A stretch of 41,531 bases of DNA from an uncultured Desulfobacteraceae bacterium. Its GTDB lineage: Bacteria; Desulfobacterota; DSM-4660; Desulfatiglandales; HGW-15. This document shows positions 24,768 to 34,346 of this stretch, piece by piece. Every line of letters begins with the position of its first letter. The stretch's first letter is position 1. The stretch lies in NCBI GenBank assembly GCA_964484515.1, contig CAZAGT010000005.1, positions 1-41,531 on the forward strand. The letters are read 5' to 3'. The position numbers and the translations under genes were made by a program. The notes beneath the pieces are model-generated. The model worked only from the letters and a program-made list of their open reading frames with translations, ran no database searches and was not told the DNA's origin.

Positions 24768-26057
24768 ATGAAACAAATTTGGCAATTATGGATCCAGAGG
24801 CTGGCAAGTACCGGCAGCCTCCCTTCCGACTCAGAAAGGCAACGGCTAAGTAAGGCCATCCTGGTCTTTCTGACGACCCTATACGCAATCCTGGGCATCC
24901 TTTGGGGTGCGGCTTATTGGGCCCTGGACCGGCCGTTTGCCGCCGCGGTCCCGACGAGCTACAGCATCCTGTCGATCGGCAACCTGCTGGTCTTCTTCCG
25001 ACTGAAGCATTACGAGTTCTTTCGCGGCAGCCAGTTGGCGCTCATCCTCATCCTGCCCTTCCTGCTCCAATGGGGCCTGGGCGGCTTTGCCAGCTCCAGC
25101 GCCGTCATCATCTGGTCCATTCTGGCGCCCATCGGCGCCCTTATGTTTGCCGGGGCGCATCAGGCCATCGGATGGTTTCTCGCCTATCTCTTCCTAATGG
25201 CCCTTTCCGGCATCATCGACGTAACCCACGTTCACCTCTGCGAACCCCTTTCGCCTTTGGTTGCTGTCCTCTTTTTTGTGATGAACATTGTCGGCGTATC
25301 CTTCATCGCCTTTGTGTTACTCAGGTTTTTTGTGCGTGAACGCGAATTGGCCATGGAAGCTTTGGGTGAGAAACATCAACGGGTCAGCCTTGAGCGCGAG
25401 CGGCTCGATAAGATCAAGAATGTACTTTCCCGCTTTGTCCCGGAGACTGCCAAAAGCATGATTGAACAGGACCCCGAGAAGGCGTTGCTCGAAAAGTACA
25501 TTCAGGACGCGACCGTGCTTTTTCTGGATATCGAAGGGTTCACGACTCTTGTCCAGAAGTATCCCCACGAAAGGATAAACCGAACGATTGAATCTTATTT
25601 TTCCATGTTCTTCGATCTGATCCAGAAGGCCGGCGGAGACGTCAATGAAACCGCCGGCGACGGTATGATGGTCATTTTTCTACACCCGGACTCCAAGCAA
25701 CACGCCCGGAATGCCGTTCAGGCGGCAGTCGACATCAAACGCACGTGCGAAGCATACACTGAGCGCCGGGATCCGGATTTATTTCCCATACGCGTCAACA
25801 CCGGAATCAGCTCTGGGGAGGTTTACCTGGGATCCACGAAGATGAGGGGCACCGAACGTGATCGCTGGACGTTCACCGCGTCCGGGCCTGTCACCATCCT
25901 GGCGGCAAGGCTCTCACAATACGGCCGCGGCGGCCAAATCCTGGTGGGGGCGGAAACGGCCAAACGGTTAGACGAACGATTTCAGCTCACCTCCGTGGAA
26001 AACGTTTCGCTCAAGAACATCCAGGATCCGGGCAGGGTATTTCAGGTCAATGCCTGA
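24768..26057 (+). CDS. membrane-anchored class III adenylate/guanylate cyclase
   Basis: About 190 aa of N-terminal TM helices, then the cyclase homology domain (ATVLFLDIEGFTTL ... NETAGDGMMVIF ... VNTGISSGEVYLG). Only 20 nt separate it from the preceding gene. Confidence 0.85.
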   Translation: MKQIWQLWIQRLASTGSLPSDSERQRLSKAILVFLTTLYAILGILWGAAYWALDRPFAAAVPTSYSILSIGNLLVFFRLKHYEFFRGSQLALILILPFLLQWGLGGFASSSAVIIWSILAPIGALMFAGAHQAIGWFLAYLFLMALSGIIDVTHVHLCEPLSPLVAVLFFVMNIVGVSFIAFVLLRFFVRERELAMEALGEKHQRVSLERERLDKIKNVLSRFVPETAKSMIEQDPEKALLEKYIQDATVLFLDIEGFTTLVQKYPHERINRTIESYFSMFFDLIQKAGGDVNETAGDGMMVIFLHPDSKQHARNAVQAAVDIKRTCEAYTERRDPDLFPIRVNTGISSGEVYLGSTKMRGTERDRWTFTASGPVTILAARLSQYGRGGQILVGAETAKRLDERFQLTSVENVSLKNIQDPGRVFQVNA

Positions 26058-26201
26058 TAAGAGTGACGGTTGCTTCGGAGGCGTCCCGTCGCCGAACCAT
26101 GGCGCCGATTCTGCACCGACGTGCTCGGAGCTGGATCGAATAGATGAACGCAGAAAAAATCGGAAAGATCCTAGGCAGAACACAAGGCGGCCTGTTGCTG
26201 A

Positions 26202-26546
26202 TCGGCCTCGGGCTGCTTGACAAGGGAGAGTGCACCTGAGGGTCTAGTCGCCGCCATACGAAAGGTGGCGCAAGGCGGCAAATACGTTAGTGACTCCCTC
26301 GCCGAAAAATTGGCCTCCGAGTTGGGCCCAGATGTCGAAAGGCCGATCCACGAAAGGCTCTCCGATCGTGAATATCAAGTCATTTTGATGCTCGCCGCCC
26401 GGAAGACGGTCAAAGAGATTGCCGACGAACTATCCCTGAGCGTGAAAACGATCAGCACCAACTGCACGCGTGCCCTCAGCAAAATGGGATTGAAGAACAA
26501 TGCGGGTATCGCACGTTACGCTGCAAAGCACGGACTCATCGATTAG
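26202..26546 (+). pseudogene. NarL/FixJ-type response regulator remnant (LuxR HTH retained, receiver domain missing)
   Basis: SASGCLTRESAPEGLVAAIRKVAQGGKYVS is the end of a REC domain plus linker, followed by an intact LuxR HTH (LSDREYQVILMLAARKTVKEIADELSLSVKTISTNCTRALSKMGL). An in-frame stop lies at 26199-26201, only 160 nt separate it from the cyclase, there is no SD, and the track start is a TTG. Confidence 0.5.
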
Positions 26547-26682
26547 ACCATGTAGGACAAATCCCGACAGCCGCAAAGCCCCCACTCCATTTCCATCGAT
26601 GCGGCACAAGGATTGCAGTTTTTACTGCAGAGCGGTTGCTTAAAGTGCGCCGAGATTCATTTGATGAGAAAAAGAGGCCAAG

Positions 26683-27291
26683 ATGGAAGATCGTAGTAAA
26701 CGTCGACGGTTCCCGATCGTAAATAAATCACTCCAATATCGGTTCCTGGCGATGATTCTCAGTTACGGATTCATCGTGATCCTTTTCTCTGCCTTGGCCT
26801 TCCTTGCCCCTGAGATCATCAAGATGCAGGACGAATCCCTGACGATGGAGGCTAGAGCGCTCGCTGCCGATCGGATCATCACCCTGCATACGCGGGTTTG
26901 GCTCACTGCCCTGGCGATTGTCTTCATCCTTGGGATTCATTCCTTTTATGCCTTCCATCGGGTCGTCGGTCCGCTCTATCGACTGACCCGAGCTCTTGAC
27001 CGGGTGGGGGGCGGAGACCTAAGTTTCGAAATCAGGCTGAGGAAAAAAGATTACCTTCATCATGAAGCGAGTGTTTTGAACGCGATGATTCAAAGGCTTT
27101 GCGGAAAATTAGGCCAGATTCAGCAGTCAGGCAGGGACGCCCTCTATTCTTTAGAGAATCTGGAAGAGAACCTGGGGAAGGGGGCCAGCGAGGCGCAGGA
27201 TCTGGCAGGCCTCTTAAAGGCGCATCGCGAGCATCTCCAGACCCTTCTTGATTCCGCCGAATATTTTCAGCTCCAAAGGGATAAAAATTAA
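26683..27291 (+). CDS. small membrane protein with two TM helices and a HAMP-like domain, no output domain
   Basis: TM1 FLAMILSYGFIVILFSALAFLAP; TM2 LTALAIVFILGIHSFYAF; then HAMP-like RVVGPLYRLTRALDRVGGGDLSFEIRLRKKDYLHHEASVLNAMIQRL and a coiled-coil tail. Confidence 0.6.
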   Translation: MEDRSKRRRFPIVNKSLQYRFLAMILSYGFIVILFSALAFLAPEIIKMQDESLTMEARALAADRIITLHTRVWLTALAIVFILGIHSFYAFHRVVGPLYRLTRALDRVGGGDLSFEIRLRKKDYLHHEASVLNAMIQRLCGKLGQIQQSGRDALYSLENLEENLGKGASEAQDLAGLLKAHREHLQTLLDSAEYFQLQRDKN

Positions 27292-27311
27292 GGACCTTCC
27301 TGGAGCGTACC

Positions 27312-29507
27312 CTAGGGCATGATCCGCCTGCTCCCGTGCCCGACGAATTCCAACATATCGATGTCGGCAAAGTTGGTTTGGGAATCTGCTTGTTTTGCTT
27401 CGTCCTCATCGATCTCAAGAACCGTTAGAAAGGCATCAACGACATTCCGATCAAAATGTGGTCCGGTCTCTTGTTTGATCAGCTGGATCGCGTCGCCCCT
27501 CCTCATTCCAGGTCTATAGGGCCTATCCGAAATCAGAGCGTCATAAACGTCTGCGACGGCCAAAATGCGAGCCCCCAGGCTGATCTCCTCTCCGGAGAGA
27601 CCATCCGGATATCCATCACCATCTAATCGCTCATGGTGTTGGCGAACGATAGCGACAATATCAGCATAGACCCTGATCGGTTCCAGGATGCGGGCGCCTA
27701 TCGTTGTATGCTCGCGAATGACGTCAAATTCCTCGTCGGTTAGCTTACCCGGCTTATCCAAAATGCTTGCCGGGACTCCGATTTTCCCAATGTCGTGGAG
27801 CAATCCCCCCCGATGCAGTCTCTCCAGCCCCTGCTCCGGCAGCCCCAGGCTGTTCCCGATCTTCAAGGCTATCTCGGTGACCCGTTCGGAGTGACCGGCC
27901 GTCCAGGGTGACTTGGCATCCACGGCCCTCGCAAGGGCCGTCAAGGTTCCCAAGTTAAACTCTTCCAATTCTTCCAAGAGTTGTGCATTTGTCAGTGCAA
28001 CTGCCACCTGATTGGCGATCTGGCGCGCTCGGCTAATGTCGTCCTGAACAAAATGCGAATCGGCCTGGGTTCCAAAGGTGATGATCCCGGCAAGGACCTC
28101 CTTAAGAAAGATCGGTAAAATCAAGAACGATTCGATCCCTCCTACCATCTGTCTTGCAAGATAATCGGGATGACCATGCGCAACGTCAACCATGAACCAC
28201 TCGGGATTCTGCCGAAGCAACTTGAGATCACGCTCTGTCAACCGATGAACCTGGGTCAACTCTACCGCATCGGGTGTTTGACCCTGCACATAAGTCCGAG
28301 CATCCCCTTGTCCACGGGCATCCACCAGGGTGACAGCGCAAAAACCGTAGCTAAAGAAATCTCCTACCTGCTTCAGTAATTCATCCACAATTCTTTCAGT
28401 ATCCAAGGAGGAAAGGATGGCGCGGTCTATTTCGGCCATCGTTTTCAGGGCGTTGAACTGCGCTTTAAGGGTCGTGCCCATGGCGTTAAACGACTTGGCG
28501 AGTTCCTCAAACTCGTCACCCGTGTTGAGAACCACCTTTTGGTCGAAATCCCTTTTCGCGATGGACCTGGTTCCCTCTGTCAGCTTTTCGAGCGGGACAA
28601 GACTCCGTCGGATTTGGATGCTGCTGAGGAGCAATACCGTCAAGATGGCCATCACCAGAACCAAAAGGAATGTCTTTTTGAAATCCGTTACCGGCAAAAA
28701 GACGTCAGATTTTGAGATGCTCAGCACCACGGTCCATTTCGGAGAACAATAAGCGTACCTAAGAAAGGTGGACCAGTAGCTTGCGAAATATTCCTTCTGG
28801 GCACTTCTCCATTCGAGACTGCCTACTGAAGAGTGATTCAGTTCCGCGTCTAACTTCTCAACGAATGATGGAGAAACGGGGATGGAAGTATAGATGACGT
28901 TGTTTGAAGAGTTGAGGACAGAAAGCTCCGTCATATTGGGGAGTGTATCACTTTCAGCAATACCCCACAGATATGGAGTATTTATTTCAGCCCACAAAAC
29001 CCCTCGTTTCAAGTCGTCGGGATCAACGGCCTTGACCATATAGATCCGGGGTCGTGACCGTTGGCCGGTTTTTTCCAGAATGGCCGCCCTGCCGGTTCTA
29101 AGATGCTCCAATTCCCTTTGAGTTAGCTCAAAGGGGCGCAGGGTGTCGCCAAATACGACTTCAGCCACCTTACCTTTGACAAGGGCTAACGCCCTGAACC
29201 GCTTTGCCAAGCGATCACCGCGGCCATTCAATTCCCCGCTGTCTGAGCCCCCAGGGCTCACCCTCTCGCCCGAAACGATCAAGTCCAGTTCGGCTTCCAG
29301 GAACGACAATCTTTCGACAAGGCCCATCCCAAGGGCTTTGCTCGCCTGGTGGAGCCGCCTTTGACTTTGCTGATTGAGCTGTTTGACGACGTGGGTGAAT
29401 GAAAGGATCGCCAAGGCGGCGATAGGCACCATGGCCGTGACGATAAACAGGACGAAGATGCGCCTGCTAACCTTGCTCCTGAAAGACAGTGAGGTGTTAA
29501 TCAACAT
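27312..29507 (-). CDS. TM / periplasmic sensor (Cache-like) / HAMP / GAF / HD-GYP phosphodiesterase
   Basis: N-terminal TM, a periplasmic domain of about 250 aa, a second TM, HAMP (PLEKLTEGTRSIAKRDFD), GAF, then HD-GYP (GLLHDIGKIGV ... HHERLDGDGYPDGL). Confidence 0.9.
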   Translation of the reverse strand: MLINTSLSFRSKVSRRIFVLFIVTAMVPIAALAILSFTHVVKQLNQQSQRRLHQASKALGMGLVERLSFLEAELDLIVSGERVSPGGSDSGELNGRGDRLAKRFRALALVKGKVAEVVFGDTLRPFELTQRELEHLRTGRAAILEKTGQRSRPRIYMVKAVDPDDLKRGVLWAEINTPYLWGIAESDTLPNMTELSVLNSSNNVIYTSIPVSPSFVEKLDAELNHSSVGSLEWRSAQKEYFASYWSTFLRYAYCSPKWTVVLSISKSDVFLPVTDFKKTFLLVLVMAILTVLLLSSIQIRRSLVPLEKLTEGTRSIAKRDFDQKVVLNTGDEFEELAKSFNAMGTTLKAQFNALKTMAEIDRAILSSLDTERIVDELLKQVGDFFSYGFCAVTLVDARGQGDARTYVQGQTPDAVELTQVHRLTERDLKLLRQNPEWFMVDVAHGHPDYLARQMVGGIESFLILPIFLKEVLAGIITFGTQADSHFVQDDISRARQIANQVAVALTNAQLLEELEEFNLGTLTALARAVDAKSPWTAGHSERVTEIALKIGNSLGLPEQGLERLHRGGLLHDIGKIGVPASILDKPGKLTDEEFDVIREHTTIGARILEPIRVYADIVAIVRQHHERLDGDGYPDGLSGEEISLGARILAVADVYDALISDRPYRPGMRRGDAIQLIKQETGPHFDRNVVDAFLTVLEIDEDEAKQADSQTNFADIDMLEFVGHGSRRIMP

Positions 29508-29518
29508 ACGTCGAGTAT

Positions 29519-30022
29519 CTAATATTCGGCAGCCGTGCCGATGTACGCTCCATCGTTGGCCCGGATGATATCATCGTGGCTGTCTTTGGCGGTGAGGGGT
29601 GGTTTGCTTTTCCCGTCTGGGCCCATACTGTATAGATCGAAGTCGGAATTCAACGGCACGAGGGACCTGTCCTTGCGCACCGGACCCAACCCGCTCACGG
29701 TGGCAAAATTCAGGTACTGATAAGGGTTGCCCCAGGGATCCAAGAGGCCCGCCCGGCCAATGTCACCCAAGGTATTGGGAAGGCCGCCGCCGCCGCCATC
29801 AAACGCAAGGATCTCTTTTTCAAGTGTCTCGATTTCAGCGATGGCCTTGATGATTTTGGCCTTGCCGAGATAGCTCGAGAAGGCAGGTATGGCGATACCG
29901 GCAAGGGCACCAATGATGGCAACGGTGACCATCAGCTCGAGGAGGGTGAAACCGTTAGACTTCCTTGGTGGATTTCGGTGGGATTCTTGACCTGGTCTGT
30001 GCGCGCTGGCTAGACGACGCAT
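29519..30022 (-). CDS. GspG-like type II secretion pseudopilin (prepilin-type N-terminal methylation domain), orphan
   Basis: G|FTLLELMVTVAIIGALAGIAIPAF class III signal and the GspG hallmark DPWGNPYQY...DLYSMGPDG. Start is either ATG 30022 (AGGA SD) or ATG 30046. The stop lies 11 nt before the HD-GYP gene start. Confidence 0.8.
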   Translation of the reverse strand: MRRLASAHRPGQESHRNPPRKSNGFTLLELMVTVAIIGALAGIAIPAFSSYLGKAKIIKAIAEIETLEKEILAFDGGGGGLPNTLGDIGRAGLLDPWGNPYQYLNFATVSGLGPVRKDRSLVPLNSDFDLYSMGPDGKSKPPLTAKDSHDDIIRANDGAYIGTAAEY

Positions 30023-30562
30023 TCTTTTCCTGTAGAATAGTCCCATCTAATGCGTTGGCCCTTTTCGCGATCATCAGCTAAATTCAAAAATTTCAGCCAC
30101 ATACCTGAAAATCAATAAAAGAGGAGCGGCGCTTTCACTGGCTATTCGGTGCTCGCCTCGTTCTTCAGATTGGAAGGCAGCTGGGCAGGGAAGCTTGGAA
30201 TTCAAGTTGACGCTGCCCCTCATGTCCAGATTTTACTCATCTGCCAGAAACTACGCAGTTCGCCCTCTTATTGATCGGCACCAAATCACAGAGCTTTAGC
30301 TTTATGGATAGCGACCTCCCGAGCGAGGAGCCGATTCCTCATCGCAGAGGGAAAGAAGGCGTTATAACCGCATGAAATGTCATGGTATTCATTTTGCCAT
30401 GGCCGGGCATGCTTCTTGCTTTATTGATGTATTGGATCGGTATTTTTCTCTCGCTGAGGATACAGGAAATTCGAGGTCAAGAAGGGCTCGAGTCCTGACA
30501 TCAGTTCTCTGGCATCGAATTAATCGGGAGACTCGGAAGACCGCAAACAGGCACCAATTCCA

Positions 30563-33061
30563 TTGAAACTCAGAAAACTGCACCCAGAACTCCTGAAGAG
30601 CAAGGTGGCCAGGCGAATTTTGACTCTTTTCGTCCTCTGCGCCCTTATCCCGATTTCATCTCTTGCGCTCATCACGTTTAGACAGGTCACGGAACAGCTT
30701 GAAACCCAATCCCGGAAGCGCCTGCATGAATCATGCAAGGCGCTTGGAGTCTCCATTTTCGAGCGCTTGACCTTCCTGGAGAATGAATTGAAGATCCTCG
30801 CCACCGTCATCGGCTCCAGTCCTGGAAGTTGTATGCCTCCGGCTGCCGACGGGCACTACCAAAACCTTGGCAAACGATTCAAGGGGCTCGGGGTTTATCG
30901 CGATTCGGCACCCGTGCAGCCCCTTTTGGGGATCCCACCGCAACCGATAGCGCTTTCGGAAGCGCAAGGACGCCATCTCCGAACCGGCAAAGCCCTGGTC
31001 TTGACATGCCCTGATGAAGATGGAGAAAACGGATATAGCATCCTCATGGTCCGAGCCCTTGATGTTTCCGATCTCGGCCGTGGTCTCCTCGTGGCCCAGA
31101 TCCATGCCCCCTATCTTTGGGGCCTTTCGGAATACAACACCCTTCCCAGTATGACCGAGCTTTGCATCTTAGACGAATCTGAAAATGTCATATTCTCAAC
31201 ACTCCCCGCGAAGGCGTCACTCGATCGAGCATTGAGATCTGAAACGAATCAGTCCACCTCGGGCTCATTTGATTTGAAATATGGGGACGATAAATACATC
31301 GCAAGCTTTAGATCGGTTCCACTGAAATTCAATTTTTTCGTTCCAGGCTGGAAGATCATTCTGACGCAAAGAAAGGAGTACATTTTCTCTTCCCTGGTTC
31401 ACTTTAAGACCATATTCCCCGCCATCATTCTCCTCTCTCTTTTTGTCGTATTTCTCCTGAGCCTCATCCAGATTCGAAAGACGATGATCCCGTTGGAGAA
31501 GCTGCGGGACGGAGCAAGACGAATCGGTTCAGGAGAATTCGATGCAGTGGTTCACGTGGAGAGCGATGACGAGTTTGAAGAAGTCGCTGAATCCTTCAAT
31601 ACGATGACGAAACAACTCGGGGACCAGTTTGCAGCCCTAAAAACGATGGCCGAGATCGATAGAGCGATCCTGTCTTCTCTAGACCGAAGGAAGATTGTCG
31701 AGACGGTGCTGTCCAGGGTACGAGCTTTTTTGCCTTGTGATTACGTCACATTCAGCCTGTTTGAGTTTGACTCCATCGCTAGCGGTCAAAACTATATAGG
31801 CAAAAAGACTCCCAACAGGCCGTACCTGGCCGAACCATTCCATCTCACCTCAGAGGAGAGAAAAGAACTCCCTAATGATCCGGACATTCAATTGGTTGAG
31901 ATGGAGTTGGCTCGGGCGCCATATCGTGGCCCTCTCGAAAACCAAGGGGCCAAATGGATCCTCGTCCTGCCCATCATGTTTGAACAAAGACTACTGGGAA
32001 TTATCGCCCTGGGATATCTCCAGAGGCCTCAACAGAGTCAGGAGGATGAACGGCGTGCCCGGCAGTTTGCCGATCAGGTAGCCGTTGCCATGGCCAATGC
32101 CCACCTGATCGAGGCGCGGGAACGCGCCGAGAGGGCCCTCCAACAGGTAAATGCTGAACTGGAACAACGAGTGAAAGACCGGACTTCCGAACTCACGTCG
32201 GCGAACGAGAACCTTCGGCGAGAGGTCAGGACACGAAAACGAACCGAGCTGCAATTGCAGGAGGCCAAGAATGTCGCGGAGATGGCCAATCGCATAAAGT
32301 CTGATTTTCTTGCCAACATGAGCCATGAGCTTCGGACTCCCCTGAACGCGATCATCGGCTTCAACGAGATGCTCGTAGACAAAAAACTCGGGGATTTGAC
32401 TGAGTTACAGTTAGATATGCTCAAGGATATGCTCGAAAGCAGCTACCATCTCCTCTCGCTTATCAATGACATTCTTGATTTGTCGAAAGTCGAGGCGGGC
32501 AAGCTGGAATTGTCCACGACGGAGACCAATCTGGAGGACCTCCTCTCCAGGAGCCTGGTGATCGTCAAAGAAAAGGCCGTAAAAGATAACATCAAACTGA
32601 ACATCGACGCCAAGAACCTGCCAGCCACGATAGAGGCTGACGAGCGGAAGCTCAAGCAGGTCATCTATAACCTCCTTTCGAACGCGTTGAAGTTCACCCC
32701 GGAAGGCGGTTCGGTGAGTTTAAAGGCCCGCAACCTGCTATTGGTCAACGGTCATTTCGAAACGCCGGAAGGAGAACGATTCGATTTGGAGGACATTAAA
32801 GAGGATCTAAAGGAAACTCAAAACACGAAATTCTTGATGATCTCAGTCGAGGATACGGGTATCGGCATCAAGTTGGAGGATCAGGCCCGTGTATTCAACC
32901 CCTTCGAGCAAGTAGAAAGCTCGATGAGCAGAAAATACCAGGGCACGGGATTGGGACTCCCTTTGACAAAAAAACTCATCGAATTGCATGGTGGGCGCAT
33001 CTGGTTGGAAAGTCCGGGTGAGGGCAGAGGGAGCACATTCACATTCGTCATACCGACTTGA
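30563..33061 (+). CDS. TM / periplasmic sensor (Cache-like) / HAMP / GAF / HisKA / HATPase_c histidine kinase
   Basis: The first 520 aa or so are collinear with the HD-GYP protein (for example the identical ALKTMAEIDRAILSSLD). Then the H-box SHELRTPLNAI and complete N/G boxes (NLLSNALKFTP, DTGIGI, GTGLGL). TTG start. Confidence 0.9.
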   Translation: MKLRKLHPELLKSKVARRILTLFVLCALIPISSLALITFRQVTEQLETQSRKRLHESCKALGVSIFERLTFLENELKILATVIGSSPGSCMPPAADGHYQNLGKRFKGLGVYRDSAPVQPLLGIPPQPIALSEAQGRHLRTGKALVLTCPDEDGENGYSILMVRALDVSDLGRGLLVAQIHAPYLWGLSEYNTLPSMTELCILDESENVIFSTLPAKASLDRALRSETNQSTSGSFDLKYGDDKYIASFRSVPLKFNFFVPGWKIILTQRKEYIFSSLVHFKTIFPAIILLSLFVVFLLSLIQIRKTMIPLEKLRDGARRIGSGEFDAVVHVESDDEFEEVAESFNTMTKQLGDQFAALKTMAEIDRAILSSLDRRKIVETVLSRVRAFLPCDYVTFSLFEFDSIASGQNYIGKKTPNRPYLAEPFHLTSEERKELPNDPDIQLVEMELARAPYRGPLENQGAKWILVLPIMFEQRLLGIIALGYLQRPQQSQEDERRARQFADQVAVAMANAHLIEARERAERALQQVNAELEQRVKDRTSELTSANENLRREVRTRKRTELQLQEAKNVAEMANRIKSDFLANMSHELRTPLNAIIGFNEMLVDKKLGDLTELQLDMLKDMLESSYHLLSLINDILDLSKVEAGKLELSTTETNLEDLLSRSLVIVKEKAVKDNIKLNIDAKNLPATIEADERKLKQVIYNLLSNALKFTPEGGSVSLKARNLLLVNGHFETPEGERFDLEDIKEDLKETQNTKFLMISVEDTGIGIKLEDQARVFNPFEQVESSMSRKYQGTGLGLPLTKKLIELHGGRIWLESPGEGRGSTFTFVIPT

Positions 33062-33350
33062 CTGCGAAAAAACAGAGGCCCAGGCCATCCTGAGGGCCCC
33101 TTCACGGCGGATATCTTCCAACACCTCAAAGCGGAGCCAGACCGACACCCTCACAGACATCAAAATCCGTGTGGGCACCTTCGGAAACGAATTGTTATCC
33201 AGGCGTATCCTGGATAAGATCAAGAAGCATTACTCTCAACCGGGCGAAGACGCTCGATCCGAAGGGTATGGTAACAAGAGAATCTGTCTCTGCTTTTCCT
33301 CGAACCTCGTGCCTCAGACCTCGATCCTGAAACTTCATGCTCCCTTTCCT

Positions 33351-34346
33351 TCATTCCGCTTCAAGGAGCCGGTCAAAGGCCTGGGTAATCGTCGCCACCT
33401 CCTCCTTGCCCAACCGCAGATCGCCGGCCGCCACATTGGACTCAGCCTGTTCGGCATTGCGCGCTCCCACAATCGCGGCGGTGATGCCGGGCTGTGCGAG
33501 ACACCAGGCCACAGCGACCTGTCCCAGGGTGGCATCGTGGCTATCCGCGATCGGTGCGACAACCCTCGCAAGCACCTCGTTCACCGACTCCAGCTTCTCG
33601 CCTTTGAACCAGGGATTGCCTTCGCGGATGTCCCCATCACCAAACGTATGACCCGGCTTGATCTTTCCCGTGAGAAGCCCCTGATACATGGGACTGTAAC
33701 AGATCACCCCAATGCCCTGTTCCCTGCAAAAAGGCATGATCTCCTTCTCGATGTCCCTTGAAAGCAGGCTGTAGGGGGGCTGAAGGCTTGTCAGTGGCGC
33801 CACGGCCGTGCAGCGCTCCATCAGCGGTTTGTCGAAGTTACAGACGCCAAAGGCGCGGATCTTACCCCGATCACGTAATTCCAGTAAGGCCTCCATCATC
33901 TCCTCTTCCGGCGCCGTGAAATCAGGCCAGTGGCACTGGTAGAGGTCAATCACATCGACCCCGAGGCGTTTCAGACTTCGATCACACTCCTCGAGGATGG
34001 AGTGCTTGCGCCCATTCTTGAATACCTTGAAACGCCTCCCTTGGAGATCTTCTGTCTCGAAACGCAGCTCCCCTTCCTCAAGGTCCCAGCGGAGGCCGAA
34101 TTTCGTGGCGATGACGACATCGTTGCGCCGCCCCTTGATCGCCTTTCCAACCAGTTCTTCACTGAGACCAAAGCCGTACATAGGCGCCGTGTCGAGGGCG
34201 TTGATCCCGCGATCCAGAGACGCCCGAATAGCCGCCTCCGGCTCGTTTCCCGTCACCCCGCCCCACTTCCATCCACCAAGGGCCCACGTCCCCAGGATAA
34301 CGCGACTGACCTCCAGCTCTGACTTTCCCAGCTGCACGTATTCCAT
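33351..34346 (-). CDS. aldo/keto reductase
   Basis: LGTWALGG, the DTAPMYG region and the rest of the AKR pattern; 331 aa. Confidence 0.9.
   Translation of the reverse strand: MEYVQLGKSELEVSRVILGTWALGGWKWGGVTGNEPEAAIRASLDRGINALDTAPMYGFGLSEELVGKAIKGRRNDVVIATKFGLRWDLEEGELRFETEDLQGRRFKVFKNGRKHSILEECDRSLKRLGVDVIDLYQCHWPDFTAPEEEMMEALLELRDRGKIRAFGVCNFDKPLMERCTAVAPLTSLQPPYSLLSRDIEKEIMPFCREQGIGVICYSPMYQGLLTGKIKPGHTFGDGDIREGNPWFKGEKLESVNEVLARVVAPIADSHDATLGQVAVAWCLAQPGITAAIVGARNAEQAESNVAAGDLRLGKEEVATITQAFDRLLEAE

Noticed and set aside
32988-33761. 257-aa forward ORF overlapping the 3' end of the kinase gene and the AKR gene
   Set aside because: Antisense to the aldo/keto reductase gene, with low-complexity composition.
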